NCBI RefSeq assembly: GCF_036321535.1
Contig: NC_087437.1
Coordinates: forward strand, 55,616,001-55,680,000
Direction: 5' to 3'
Source: Camelus dromedarius
Lineage: Eukaryota
DNA: 64,000 nucleotides
Each line of letters begins with the position of its first letter. The stretch's first letter is position 1. This document shows, one piece after another, positions 38,520-52,163 of the stretch. Below the pieces are notes generated by a model that saw only the letters and a list, made by a program, of their open reading frames with translations, searched no databases and was not told the origin of the DNA. The translations under genes were made by a program, and so were the position numbers.

Positions 38520-38712
38520 TGACAGTCTATTGAGTGATTAATACTTGGTTCTTGGAGAGGCAGGGGGAGCTCTGATTTGCAGAGTGTGTCAATTTCAAAC
38601 TCCCCCATGGCCAACCTCAAGCTACCGACAGGAGTCACTGAACATGAGGTTGGAAAGAGTTGCCTACCATTTGCTCTGGTGAGGCTGTGTGAGCTGCCCC
38701 AGTTCATCTCTG
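38520..38712 (-). mobile_element. MER63A-like hAT-Blackjack MITE
   Basis: ctctgatttgcag...cccccatggccaacctcaagctacc...gtcactgaacatgaggttggaaagag. Confidence 0.75.
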
Positions 38713-39009
38713 GAATGAGAATTTCATACCACTTTCAGTGATGCATGACAGTAATGAGTGTGAGAGAGTGGGAATCCATATCACAAGAAGTGGCTTCAAG
38801 CCTTACTCTGCTGCTGACTGTAACACCTTAAAGAAAACCTTTAAACTCTCTAATCGCTCCGCTCCACTGAAAAATGAGGACAAAAGCAACTTTCTTGTAG
38901 GGTTCTCAGAAGGAGTTCAAGAGTTGCTTGAAAGGATAGCACTGAAGATAATACAGTAAAATGACTACTTAAAAATTATTTTCAGTGGGGGAGGAGAGTA
39001 GATATAGAA

Positions 39010-39150
39010 AAAGATATGTTGGATGTTAACTAGGGTTATTGTGATCATTTTGCAATTGGATCATTATGTTGTACACCTGAAACTATCAATGCTGTATGTC
39101 AATTACAGCTCTTTTTTTTAAATGGTTAAAATTAAAAAAAAAAAAAAAAG
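39010..39150 (+). mobile_element. Short L1 3' tip with poly(A)
   Basis: gatgttaactag...tcattatgttgtacacctgaaacta...tatgtcaatta followed by an A tract. Confidence 0.75.
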
Positions 39151-40024
39151 AAAGGAGAGGATATGTGAACAGGAAGTCACATATGACCGTGGCATTGGAA
39201 GAGCTAGCCAGCTGAAGTGTGTATAATAACAGTGGAAGAGAATTATTTATGGCTGGAACAAGCTCAGACACTCCAGACCTTCTGAGATGGTCAGAGCACC
39301 ACAAACATTTCCTTGGTCTAGTCAAATGTACCGTTGAAGGGAGAGTCCACAGGCCAAGAAAGGAGGGAGGAGCTCACAGCAAGCCTGCCATGAAATCCCT
39401 CAGATCTTTTTTACGGGTGGGAGTTGTGAAATGCTTTTTGCATCTATAATTAGGGAATGAAGTGGAACAGATGGCTCCAGTGCAGTTATAATTAAAGTAT
39501 AATACACAGTAAAACCACCTTGCGCAGCCAGTGATGCATCTGTGCCAGAAAATACTGATTCTCTTCATCTGTGCTTTTAAGCCTCTTCTTGGGCTGCAGG
39601 GAATGGCTGTTGCATCATGACACTGATTTCACACACTCTTTTTGTACCAGAAGTTCCGTTTGCAAATTCTGGATTGCCCTGTATTCAATTATATAGCTCA
39701 CAGAGCCTGCTATTTTATGATGAACACTCTATTGTTAAAACAGAGGCACATGCTTCTTTTTAATAGCGCAGAGCTAGTGTGCTGCAAAAGATACAGGCTC
39801 CTGGGTTAAGAATTCATTTATACACTTTTCAGCCGCACTAGGAAATTAGCTCTGAAGGATAAACATCTAACGCACAAGAACAGTCTCTCACCCGGGGCTC
39901 AGTTGCTCGGCACGTAAGAAGGTGGACAACCATTTATGTGGGAGGACAGGCACACGTGCTAAATCCTAAAATGCTGTATGTGGATTTCTCCTCCCTTCTA
40001 CATAAGCAATAATGGGAAACCATC

Positions 40025-40185
40025 CCTGGGCTGGAAATAGAAGGCTCTGGTGCTAATCCCAACTGGGCTTCTGACTCCTGTGCACTTCCAGGCCAGTTAC
40101 GGCCCCTCTCTTGTCCTCTTTTCTCACCTACAAAAGGAAGAAGTTGGACTACATGATTAATGTGGTCCTTTCAAGTTCTGTTTTC
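40025..40185 (+). mobile_element. MIR3-like SINE
   Basis: ttttctcacctacaaaaggaagaagttggactacatgatt...ggtcctttcaagttct. Confidence 0.6.
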
Positions 40186-40560
40186 TTCTTCCTTTCCCCA
40201 CCCCGCCTGTTTCATTTATAGTGAATGTACTATTACTAATTCTGATTTTTCTTGAGAGACGGTTTCTTCTTTGAGAGTTTATTTCATTTGGTTTTGTTTG
40301 CCAAAGAAGGTGAGAGATTAGTGACTCAAACTGACTTCTGCTTTTCTTTTGCCAGGAGTCACTGGACACCCCATGAAAGCAGCAGGTGGTCACTTTTGGA
40401 GGGTTTATTCCACCCTGGTTGCTGTTGCCTTCATGACCAAAAGGGGTACAGTCCCAAAGCCCCAGATGTCTTCCTTCTGGCCTCGGACTTATTAGGCACT
40501 TCACCCACATACTTTGTCTTTAAATATTAAATTCCTTTTTGCTATTATAACTACAGTGTA

Positions 40561-42905
40561 TAAAACACACCTTGGAGAGATTACAGGTTCAGCTCCAGAC
40601 CACTGCAATAAAGCCAATACTGCAATAAAGAAAATCACACAAGTTTTTTGGTTTCCCAATGCATTTAAAAGGGTTGTTTACACATACTGTAATCTATTTT
40701 GTGTAACAGCCTTATGTCTATGGAAACAATGTATGCACCTTAATTTAAAAAATACTTTATTGCTAAAAAATGCTAACCATCATCTGAGCTTTCAGCAAGT
40801 TGTAATCTTTTTGCTAGTGAAGGGTCTCGCTTCAGTGTTGCTGGCTGCTGGCTGATCAGGGTGATGGTTGCTGGTGGCTGGGGTGGCTGTGGCAATTTCC
40901 TAAAATAAGACACCAGTGAAGGCTGCTGCATCAATTAACTCTTTTTTTAGGACTAATTTCTCTGTAGCATGCAGTGTTGTTTGACAGCATTTCCCTTATT
41001 TATATAGTAGAACTTCTTTTAAAACCGGAGTCAGTCCTCTCAAACTCTGCTGCTGTTTTATCAACTAAGTTTATGTAATATTCTAAATCCTTTGCTGTCC
41101 TTTCCACGATCTTCACAGCTTCTTCACCAGGAATAATTTTCATTTCACTTTTTTTGTTCATACGTAAGAAACCACTCCTTACCTGTTCAAGTTTTATGAA
41201 GATATTGCAGAAATTTAATCATATTTTCCGACTCCATTTCTAACTCTGGTTCTCTTGCTGTTTCTACCACATCTGCAGTTACTTCCTTCATTGAAGTCCT
41301 GAGCCCCTCCAAGTCATTCATACGCGTTAGAATCAATCTCTTCCAAACTCCTGTTAAAGTTAATATTTTGATCTTTCCCCATGAATCACAAATGTTCTCA
41401 ATGGCATATAGAATAGTGTGAATCCTCTCCAGAAGGTTTTCAATTGACTTTTCCCAGATTTATCAGAGGAATCACTATCTCTGGCAGCTATATCTTTTCA
41501 AAATACATTTCTTAAATAATATGACTTAAAAGTCTCAATTACTCCTTGATCCATGGGCTGCAGAATGGATGTTGTGTTAAGTGACATGAAAACAACATGA
41601 ATCTCATTGTCCACCTCCTTCAGCGCTCTTGGGTGACCAGGCGCACTGTCAGTGGGCAGCAGTATTTTGAAAGGAATCTTTTTTTCTGAACAGTAGGTCT
41701 CAACAGTGGGTTTAAAATATTCAGTAAACCATGTTGTAAATAGATGTGCTGTCATCTAGGCTTTATTTTTCCATTTATAGAACACAGGCAGAGTAGATTT
41801 GGTGTAATTCTGAATGGTGCTAGCCCTTTTGGAATGGTACATGAGCATTGGCTTCGACTTAAAGTCACCATCTGGATTAGCCCTCAAGAAGTGAGCCAGC
41901 CTGTCCTTTGAAGCTTTGAAGTCAGGCACTGACTTCTGTTCTCCATGAAAGTCCTAGGTGGCAGCTTCTTCCAGTATAAGGCTGTTTTGTCTACATTGAA
42001 ATCTGTTGTTTGGTGTAGCTGCCTTTACTAGTGGTCTTAGCTAGATCTCCTGGATCACTTGCAACTTCTAGATCAGCACCTGCTGCTTCCCCTCATTCTT
42101 TTATGTTACAGAAATAGTATATTTCTTTAAGCCTCACGAATCAACCTCTGCTAGCGTCAAACTTTTCTTCTGCAGCTTCCTCACCTCTCTCAGCCTTCCT
42201 AGACTTGAAGAGACTTAGCGTCTTGCTCTGGATTGGGCTTTGGCTTAAGGGGATGGTGTGGCTGTTTTGATCTTCTAGCTACTAAAACTTTCTCCAAATC
42301 AGCAGTAAGGCTGTTTCACTGTATCATTCGCAAGTTCGCTGGAGGAGCACTTTTAATTTCCTTCAAGAACTTCTCCTTTGCGTTCACAAGTTGGCTAACT
42401 TGTGCAAGAGGCCAGGCTTTCAGCCTGTCCTGGCTTTCAATATGCCTTCCTCGCTAAACATAACCATTTCTAGTTTTTAATTTAAAGCGAGAGACATGTG
42501 ACTCCTCCTTTCACTTCAAATTTAGAGGCCACTGTAGGAATGTTAATTGGCCTAATTTCAATGGTGTTGTGTCTCAGGGAATTGGAAGGCCCCAGGAGAG
42601 AGACATGGGGGGAGGGCCGGTAGATGGAGCAGTCAGAATACACACATTTATCAATTAAGTTCACCGTCTTGTATGGGTGTCCCCAAACAACTGCAGTAGT
42701 GACAACAAGGATCGCTGGTCACAGATCACCATAACAAATACACTAACAAGGAAAAAGTTCGAAATATTGTGAGAATTACCAAAATGTGACACTGAGACGC
42801 AAAATGAGCAATGCTGTTGGCAAAATGACATCAGTAGACTCATTCCATGCAGGGTTGCCACAAACCTTCAATTTGCAAAGCAAAAATAAAGCAAAATGCA
42901 ACATC
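40561..42905 (-). mobile_element. Near full-length Tigger1 (TcMar-Tigger) DNA transposon
   Basis: Left end acaccttggagagattacaggttcagctccagaccactgcaataaagc is the decayed Tigger1 terminus; right part gggttgccacaaaccttcaatttg; right TIR not seen. Confidence 0.95.
40775..42532 (-). pseudogene. Decayed Tigger1 transposase (TIGD1-like; CENP-B-type HTH plus DDE_1 domain)
   Basis: ORF 41498-41755 [42 protein letters not shown]...[10 protein letters not shown]; start codon changed to GTG; stops and frameshifts elsewhere. Confidence 0.9.
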
Positions 42906-43199
42906 ACTCAGTGTTCCAGAACTCCAGCCCTTACCTCGAAAAGAACATGTTTTCCTTTTCATTCTCCCGTCAGGAAAACTAAACGAAAAGAAACCAGGGA
43001 CAAACAATCAAAGGTCCTTCCTTCTCTAAGATCAGCCCCAACAGTTAATTTTCCAGCTAAGAACCTACTGACAATTTATCTTAAACTAAATGGTCAGCTG
43101 ATTGAATGAACAGGTTAATGGAGCCCTGGGAAATAATGAATCTATTTTCCTTCACAAAGATTGAGTAGAAAAAACAAAATTATTTTACCATGCTAGGGA

Positions 43200-43430
43200 A
43201 GCATTTTGCAAAGAACATGATCTATGGCAAGTCCTGAGTCTGAATTTTAGAAATGGCACTTCATTGTGGTGTGAACTTGGACAAGTTTTTTTTTTTCACC
43301 TAAGTTTCATTGTCCTCATCTATAAAACAGAAACAATAAACCTAGACTGCAAGTAAGTGAGAGGATTAGAACCAGTAAATATAATGTGTTTGGCAAACAG
43401 GCAGTCATTAAATTCTCTCTACTGTCTACT
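43200..43430 (+). mobile_element. MIR SINE
   Basis: gtgtgaacttggacaag...tcctcatctataaaacag...gagaggattaga. Confidence 0.7.
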
Positions 43431-44499
43431 TCTCATCTGTCCGATAGACTTTTTAAAAATGTTTTCTTTCTTTTTCTCCACCCTCCCCCACCCAAATCCT
43501 TTACCCATCCAGCCAAATCAGGAGACTTCTTGGTAAAAATCAAGATATAGAATGAAGGCTGGGAACTTTCTACACAAATTCGGATGGATTAAGGAGAAAC
43601 CTAAGACTCTGCAAACTTCCTTTCATTGATATTTAGCTGAAGATAACCTCTAGGGAGATGCAGACAAGATCCTGGTTAAGAGCATGGTAGAACAGGATCT
43701 CTAGGCTGAAAAGAATCCAAAATTTAAGCCTGAGTTAGCAAGGTTTTGATTGCTTGTGTGGAAGAAAGAGTTGGGATTAAGTTTGGAAAATGAGCCATTT
43801 AATTCAGCTGTACTTTATTATGTTAGTTCCTAGGCAAAATATAAAACAAAACTGAGAAAACCACTTTTGCAGTTTGTAAAGTTTGCGAAGCTTTCCATTA
43901 ATCATCTTGTTTGATCCTCCAAAAATCCTGAGGTGCAGATAAGTCAGAAGTTCACTTTACAGGCTTTATTTACCTGAGAAGCAAAGAGAATATGCCGCCT
44001 TCCAACGCCACTGAAGACGTAAGTAGAAAGGCTTTCCTCAAACACACGCCTACAAACATCCTATTTCTCTTTCCATTGATCATGCCAGTGAACAGGCTCT
44101 GCTGTTGCATTTTCCCTCCAGTAACTCCCACTCAGGCATTCAGAGTTTCTAGAAGCTTGGTTCTCTTCTATTGGTATCACTTGTCCTCACTGGGACAACA
44201 CACAGAATTGAAAGGGAAAGGCATATGACCTTCCTGGGGGCTCAATTCCTTACAAATAAAATGAAAACAAAGATGGCTTCCTGGTCTACGGATATCAAAG
44301 CCAAGAGGGAAACTCTGGCTATTAACGCTAGACCTCTGCTCGTTATGAATCAACATACTGATGCTTAAATTTGGCAAGAGGTTTCATATAATTAGTAAAC
44401 ATTTTATCAGAAGTATGTTTTTGTCAAAGATCTGTGGCTGCCATTTGGAGAAAAGGCAAGAATATCTGAGTTATCCTTCAAAATGTGAAAGCCAGATGC

Positions 44500-44730
44500 A
44501 CACCATGGAGTCCCGCTGTGCCTGAGCCATCTGTACCTTCCTGTGTGCCCCTGTAGTAATATCTCTGCCTCAACTATGAATTTACACTATGTGATGTCAC
44601 AGTTCACATAATTATCTCCCTGTTAAACAGTGAGCTCGTTGAAGACAGAGCAGTGTCTGATTTTCCAAAGTCCAGCATAGGTGCTGGGACTTAATACCAG
44701 ATCTATAAATAGCTGTTCAACAAAATGAAG
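44500..44730 (+). mobile_element. L2 3' end
   Basis: ttaaacagtgagctcgttgaagacagagcagtgtc...agcataggtgctggg...ataaatagctgtt. Confidence 0.65.
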
Positions 44731-44789
44731 AACTATGAGAAACCCTCAAGTTTTCTATTTCTAGTAAAAAATGTTTTTAATCTTACATG

Positions 44790-46400
44790 CATCAGTAAGC
44801 TGGAGAAAAAGTAAAGTACCTCTGGATAAAGAAATAAATGAAGGTGGGAACTCAAGGGTATGATGGAGTTCCAAAGACAAATTTCACTCTGAGGGTATTT
44901 ATTGACCAACGTGACCTTGAGCTATATTTTTCACAGTTTCAAAGGATATAGAAAACAAAAGGCAAAATGTCTACCCGATGTAAGAAGTATACAGTGATGT
45001 CATCCTGCCATTAAACTGGGGTACCAGACAGTATACCCAATACAAAATATTGAAACAAAACTAAACATATATCCCCTCTCACCCAGATGACATTAAAGGA
45101 AATTAAAGGCCACAAACACTCAACACAGAATAGAGGAAGAAAACATCACAGCTCATAGTTTGGAATCTTAAGCTAACTCTTGGGCCAGTTTTAGCCTAGA
45201 TTCATACTATCTTATTGATCCCAACACATCAAGATGAGAACTTAATTGCACATTGATTGGTAGTTCTCACAGGCACCTGACAGAAGCAAATGCAAATCGT
45301 CCTTAGAAAACTCACCTTCATTCCAGACCTCACATTTTTTTTCCCACAAATAAAACTGATTAAAATGAACTGCTCACAGTCAAAAATAACAAAACGCACA
45401 AGGAGACAAGGCACCACGAGTGGAGGAGCAGTAAAAACAACAGAGCAGAACTAGCCCTGAGGAGACTTCAGATACTGAAATTATTAGGTAGAGTCTATAA
45501 AAAAAACTGTATAATTATGATAGACAGGTTTCTAAAATGGTCCTTAATTGTTCCCACCACTAAGTATTCACATACTTGTATAATTTTCTCCTCTTGAGTG
45601 GAGGGGCTGGATGTAGTGACTTACTCTGAGGAATGGGAGACATCAAAAGTGATAGAATGGCACTTCCATGATTAAACGTCGCTGTACCTTCTGCCTGCCA
45701 GCCCTCTCTGTCTCATGCCCTTGACTTGCTTGCTTTAACGAAGCAAGCTGTGGTGTTAAAAAGGCTCATGTGCCAAGCAACTGAGCATGACCCCCAGCCT
45801 ACTGCCAGGGAGAAACTGAAGCCCTTAGCAAGTCCAGCAAACAACCGTGAGTCAAGGCCTGAGATAGAGACACAGCCCTGACTGATACCATGAGTGCAAC
45901 ATTGTGAGAATCCCTGAAGCATGGGACCCAGCTGGGCTGTACTTGGATTCCTGACCCATAGAAAACGGGAACTCATAAACGTGTGTTGTTTCAAGCTGAG
46001 ACGTCTTCAGGCAATTTCTTATGCAATAGATAATGAACACGTTCCTGTATTTAAGGAAATGAAGCCAAGCGTGAAAAATACATGTGGGAATAAAAAAAAA
46101 ATGTAAAGAGAAACCAAATGATTTTGAAAAAGTACCAAATAAATCTTTCTAGAGACAAAAAATAAAACAAAAGATCAGAAGATGAGCTTTGCCACAGACT
46201 GACATAGCAGATGACAGAATTAAAAAATTAGAAGATAAACTTGAAGAAATGGTCCAAAATGCAGCATAGAGGGACAGACATAAAAATATAAAAAATAAGT
46301 TAAAAGAAAGGGATAATGGAATACACTCAGTATCTTATAACACACTGGCTGATAATTTTCCAGAGCTAGTGAAAAACATCAACCGAAAGTTTCAAAAAGA
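44790..46400 (+). mobile_element. Old L1M/HAL1 5' region and ORF1 remnant, interrupted by an MLT1
   Basis: cacagtcaaaaataacaaaacgcacaaggagacaagg; agaattaaaaaattagaagataaacttgaagaaatggtccaaaatgcagcatagag; aattttccagagct. Confidence 0.65.
45515..46039 (+). mobile_element. MLT1E-like MaLR solo LTR
   Basis: tagacaggtttctaaaatggtcc...gattcctgacccatagaaa...tgtgttgtttcaagctg...gcaatagataatgaaca. Confidence 0.82.
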
Positions 46401-46404
46401 TCGT

Positions 46405-46586
46405 TAGTGTAAAAACTGGTGAATCTATCTAGTCTGCAGTTTAGTCAATGTTAATATCTTTAATCTTGACAAATACGCCATGGTGATGCAAGATGTTAAC
46501 CTGGGGAAGTCGGGTGCAACGCTGTATGGGAACATCTCTCCTCTTTTTGCAACTTTTCTGTAACTCGAAATGATTTCAAAAAAGTT
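46405..46586 (+). mobile_element. L1MC-type 3' end
   Basis: ccatggtgatgcaagatgttaacctggggaag...ttttgcaacttttctgtaa. Confidence 0.75.
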
Positions 46587-47331
46587 AACTTGACAAGAGT
46601 TATTTGTGAGAAGGTATCCATTGCAGTCTTATCTCTTATTACATATAATTTTTCCCAATTGTAAACAGTTGAAGAAAAGTTAAAATTTTTGTTAGAGTGA
46701 AGTAGCTGAGTAAGTGCGAGCATGTTAAGTCAATAGACAGAAAGTAGTTTAAACTGATAATTATGACTATTGTGAGTATATAAAAATTTCTTTTAATATA
46801 AACTTAAATGAAAAAACAGAATATATTATAATAATAATGTACATGTCATTATAAGTATATACACATATGTATATTCAGAAATCTTATATACATATATTTG
46901 TATGCTTTTAGACAAAATCTAGAAGGAAATGCCAAAACATAAAATAGTGGATAGCAGGATAGTAATGTTTTTCACTTTAATGTATTTATATAGTTTTTAA
47001 GATCAGCGTAAAATGTTGTTGAATACTACATACAGGCTTTCAAAACTAATGATTCTAATATTCTATTGTTTGGTGGCAAATTTTAATGAAAGGCTGGCAA
47101 ACATAACTCAAAACTTCATTTGACTTGAAGAAAGTACAATGAACTCAGGATGTTTAGCCCTTATAAAAAGTAGGCAAAAGTTTTAAATTGCTTAAGATAT
47201 AAAGATCTATGATCACAACAAATTTGTAGGTTATGAGTTAACTGACTCATAACTAGAATCTGGCTTTTTAAAATAAAATTATTACATAACTAATAGAGTT
47301 CCTGTTTCTAGTTAAAGCGGAGAAGAAAGAG

Positions 47332-47399
47332 GTGTGTGTGTGTGTGTGTGAGAGTGTGTGTGCATGAGTGAGTGTGTGTGTGTGAGTGAGTGTGTGTAT
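47332..47399. repeat. (TG)n/(TGAG) compound microsatellite
   Basis: Directly visible. Confidence 0.95.
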
Positions 47400-49174
47400 G
47401 CTGGGGTAGATGATGTGGATACTTTTGAAACCCCTAAAAAATCTTGGGGAGAGACATTTTTTAAGTACAACATCAGACCAAGTGAAAAGCTTTTGTAAGG
47501 AATTAGAGCAGTGGGCAGAGTCCCTTGTAAGAATTTTAGTTCATTAATTCTCATCTTAACACTCATCTGTCATCTGAGTTCTAGAAATGAACTTCCTTGT
47601 GATTCATCCTTCAGCTCATGGGCCTGAATTCTTGAACACGTGATAAACCAGGGTGGCTGAGGCCGTATGTCTTTCACAGTCAGAAACCCAAGGAGACAGG
47701 CAATGATTAAGGCATTAGACCATGACAGGTCAAAATCCCAGAGTGCAGGTGATGTAAAAAATGTTTATGTATTTTATTTTCTTGGGCTGTTTTTTCAGCT
47801 TGGCCTCGTTCATTTTGTAGCTCATTTTCAAACAAATTTAAGGCAGAATGTGGTTTAAATACATTATCAGTTATTTACATAAATTGTCCGTGAAGGCATT
47901 TTATCCCACTTATTTTTCTTCAACTTGATGCTAGAGCTCCAATCAGCAATTTCATCATTTGTTACCTAAACACTAAGCCCCGATTATTCTGTCAGGATTA
48001 TAATTATTTTAATATCTTTCCAAAAAAAACCCACATTCACAGAACTTTAATATTAAAGTCAAAAGCGTGCATTTTAAAAACCTCACACAATTCCTGCCTT
48101 TCAGTAAGATTTAATAGTCTTTCCCCCAACATTTAGAGCATCCAGTATGGATTTAATAAATGGGTATGAATAATTTCAATCTTAGGATTCAGGAGAAAAT
48201 TACTGTAGTTTCTGAAGATTATTTTTTTCTTTGCCCTTCTCTTACCATCTAGTTGAGATACCATCAGCCTGACCATATCATTGCATTTTTATATTTTCTG
48301 AATTCATAGCATTAAGTGCAGATTTTTGATGAAAAGTACTTATAAACCATAAATGAGAAATCATTTTTGTATAAATCTTAATTATCTTTTTTAAACTCTC
48401 TTTAAAGTTCTTTCTATATTTGAACGACAGGTAAGTTTCACATAGCAGAGAACAAATTTGTGAGCCCAGTTTATGTAAGAGAATATTTCTCCTTTTTTCT
48501 CTTGGAAAACGTAATATTCAATGTGTTGACACCATTAGCAGAGAGTAAATAAAGCTTGAATTATAATACTTTCAGTGGAATGGCTGTTTCAATGTCCCAT
48601 TGATGATTGTTTAGAAGAGCAATCAAATTGACTGAAGTCAGGGTTGGCCAATGTTCTTGAGGATTCTGTGTTCTTTGGGAGAGGGTTGCCCTGTATGTCT
48701 AGCATCCCAGGCAAACTCACTGGCTCAACAAAGTGAAATGGGAACTTAACTCTCTTTCTTTTTCGTTGCATTCAGCCCCTTGTAAGAAATTCTATGTATA
48801 CAGATACATGTACACACAGAGATTTAATTCCCTTCATGATTTGGGTTTTCTGGTTTTATTTCAATTGAAATTGACTACAGCAGTTGGCTTTCAAAAGACA
48901 AGATACAGAGGGAGGGGATGTTTGAGAGGCTACGGTGTGGGGGGTAAGCTGTTAATACTAAGCCTGTACTGACCCTGCTGAACTATATGTACAACATACC
49001 ACATGTATTTTGGGATCTGAGCTGGTCAGAACGCCAGACACTGGAATGTCAGCTGTAAGAGAGAGACTGTGTCATCCACCTACACAACGACTTCCCACTC
49101 AAGGGTAGACAATGTGAGCCATTCACAAGGTAGGGTGAAAGCTTGCCTCGATTTGGGTTGGTATTAATTTACAT

Positions 49175-49745
49175 GATTCCGGTACTTTCCTAACTAATCT
49201 CCCAGTTCTCCTCTTGCCCCAACTTCAGTCCATTCTCCATGGGCAGGAAAGAGTAATCTTTTTAAAAACATTAATTGGATCACGTCACATCTCTGTGTGC
49301 AACCTTTCAAAAGGTTTTCTTGCTTCTTAGAATAAGACCCAAACTCCTTTCCTGCCTTGGTCAAATTTGGCTCCTAAATATTTCACTCTCCTCTTGAGCC
49401 ATCTCCTTGGTCTAGTCACACTGTGTTCTTTCAGTCTCTCAAATACTCCAATCGCTTTCCTGCCTCAAAGTCCTACATATGCTCCTCCCTCCACCTGGTA
49501 TGCTCCTCCCCCGCTTCACATGACTCACCCTTGGTCCCCCACATCTCAGCTTGAACATCAGTTCTTCAAAAGACCTCTTCCAATCATCTGACCTAAAGTA
49601 GGTTCACATCATCTCTCCCCCATCTCCCTCCCGTTATTCCTAATTCTGCCTCTTCACTGGTTCCTTTAATGGTATTTGTCACATTTACATAATTTTATTT
49701 ATTTACCTGTTGGGTCTCCTTTCCTGAATTCTTCTTGAAGTTGGC
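49175..49745 (+). mobile_element. L2a-like LINE 3' region
   Basis: tccattctccatgggcaggaaagagtaatctttttaaaa...ggatcacgtcacatc...gctcctccctccacctgg. Confidence 0.8.
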
Positions 49746-50094
49746 ACGTGAGGAAAAACTTCCCACTTTGTGCCCAACCCCACATGCCTATGCCTCTGCT
49801 CTCAGCCTCCTTGTCTCCAGTCTTCCTGCTCCTTTCTTTCCAGACCCCTAACAAGACAGCCAGGCCGTTGCTCACTGCCCAGGCATTTTCCCCATCTATT
49901 TATTTTATTACTTCACATCATTTCTCCTTCCTCACTATTCACAGCTCCACTCTTTGGGAAGATTTCCTCTCTCTGGCGGCTTTCAAAACCAACGTCAAAT
50001 GTGCTGGAAGGCGGCCACTTGTCCATTTGTGACTTTCGTCCACTTACCCAGTTCATAAATCATGTATTATCTCAAGAAAGAGAAAAGCAGCCCC

Positions 50095-50672
50095 TGACAG
50101 GAACTGATGGGGCATTAGCAGTCAAGCCTTGGAACTGCGAGAAGACGTCCTGAAACTCCCACCTGGGTCTTGGTATCCTCCTATTAAACGGTAACACAAT
50201 TTCACAAAGCATCAACATTAGACAAGGCCTCCCATGACTTTGAAAGGTCAAGACAAAAGTAAGACCAGTCTGAAATCACTTATAAACACAATAAAAATGA
50301 TGAACGTTGTTCAAACCATGGAAGTGACCACACAACCCCTTATCCCAGCTGATATGAACGAGTGTGGCTTCTTTGCCCAGTTACACCTTTAGCTTCATTC
50401 ATCCCGTCTGAGGGATAAGACTGCTCAAGAAGGCCGTTCATAGAATTGCTCCGCTTCCCGACAGCATCCAGTACATGCAAAGCCCCAGTGCCCTTGAACA
50501 CTTCCCCAGCTAGGCCGACACAAACCTAAATCCTCTAGCAAGTTCTTTCTAACACTCTCTGGCTGAGACGTCCCTTCGATCCCCACGATGTACATCCATC
50601 TTTACTACGGCAATCCGTCCTACTTGTTCAGCTACAGGCATAGCTGGTTGTCTGTGGCTGGAGGGCACTGAC
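50095..50672 (+). mobile_element. MER90-like ERV1 solo LTR
   Basis: Starts tgacagg; catcaacattagacaaggcc...ttcccgacagcatcca; ends ggctggagggcactgaca. Confidence 0.75.
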
Positions 50673-52163
50673 AGTCTCTTCCACTTCCTTCAGCTGGTCT
50701 CAGGCGCAAAGTAGATGAGGCTTGCTAGGACAACCACTGTAAGTGACAGCGATGCCTGACTTACCAAGCGCTGGTCCTCCCGGTCTGGGTGTACCATCTG
50801 CATCTTTTGCTTGACCAAGGCTGGGCCAGCTTTATGGTTTAGAAGAAATGACTCAGCTAATGTGGAGTTACAGATACATGGCCATTTAGTGCCCCACGGT
50901 CAAGTATCCTGTTGCTATCAAGATCCAGTTACACACCAGGAGCTATTTTACCAAAAGACAAATTATTTTGTCTGCTGTAGGTGGTGTACACTTACTCCAG
51001 AATATCAGGGTTTGCACTGTGATTCTCTCACTGGGGTTTGCCATAAAATCCATGTTGCATCAGACACCTGAAGCCTCTCATGTTACCCTGTGCATGGGCC
51101 AGAGCACTATTCCTAGTCATGGGGTATGTTTCCTCCAAAATCCAAAAAGAACTATCAGGCTCTTCTGCTTCCTTCTTTGTGGCAGGGGATGCAAGATGCA
51201 GAGTTGTTTTGTTTTTTTCATTTTGGAAGGCATGTTTCGGCAAACTCCTGACCACTGGATCCCTAAACACATCACTGAAGTATCAGGACTCTGAATCTTT
51301 GTACGGCTTATCCCTCAAGCCCTGGAGTGCATGTGCCTCATCAAGGTTTCTAGCAAGGCCATCTCTTGTTTTTCCTACCTGATCAGTGTGATGTTATTGA
51401 TATAATGCATCAGTGTGATGTTCTGTGGGTTGATTAAGCAGCCCAGATATCTTCATTCTACAATATTACAAAGAGCCGGAGAGTTAATATAGCCATGAGG
51501 CAAAACTATAAATGAATATTGTGGCATGTCACATGAATGTGACCTGCTTACGATCTTCTTTTATAAACAGAATAAACCAGAATGCATTTACCAAATCAGT
51601 AAGTGCATATCAAGTACCTGAGATCTTGTTAACTGCTCTAGCAGACATACCACCTTGGTGTAGCATTGCAATCAGGGATATTAACTGACTGAGCTTTTGA
51701 GAGTCTATGCTTAGTCTCCAGGACCCACCTGAGTTCTGCAGGAGCCATACTGAGAAATTAAACAGAGACTTGATCAGGATACTCCCTCCATCACTGTTCC
51801 ACTCCTTTAGCTATTTAATGATGTCATTAATCACCATCCTTCCTGGAATGTGATATTATGTTTTATTTACGCCTTTGGTCAAGTGAAGTAGAGGGCAGTT
51901 TCAGAGATTTTCACTTGAACCCACTCTGATAGTTCTCACTCCACAGGCCAAGTATATTAATTCCAGTTACTTCGTGACTGGAAAAAGGACCACTGGGTGG
52001 GTTTTGAGCCACAGTGGACCCCATTGTGAGCTGGATTTGAACTAGATTCCATTTATTACCTGGTAACATGAGCTCCCCCTTCAACAGGGTACCATGATTA
52101 CTCTTAAGGTCTCTGGGTATCAGTGTCAACTCAGACCTCTGTACCCAGGTCAATAGCTGTAGG

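Noticed and set aside
41498..41755. TIGD1-like ORF as a functional host gene
   Set aside because: It lies inside a Tigger1 copy whose transposase has lost its start codon and is broken by stops and frameshifts
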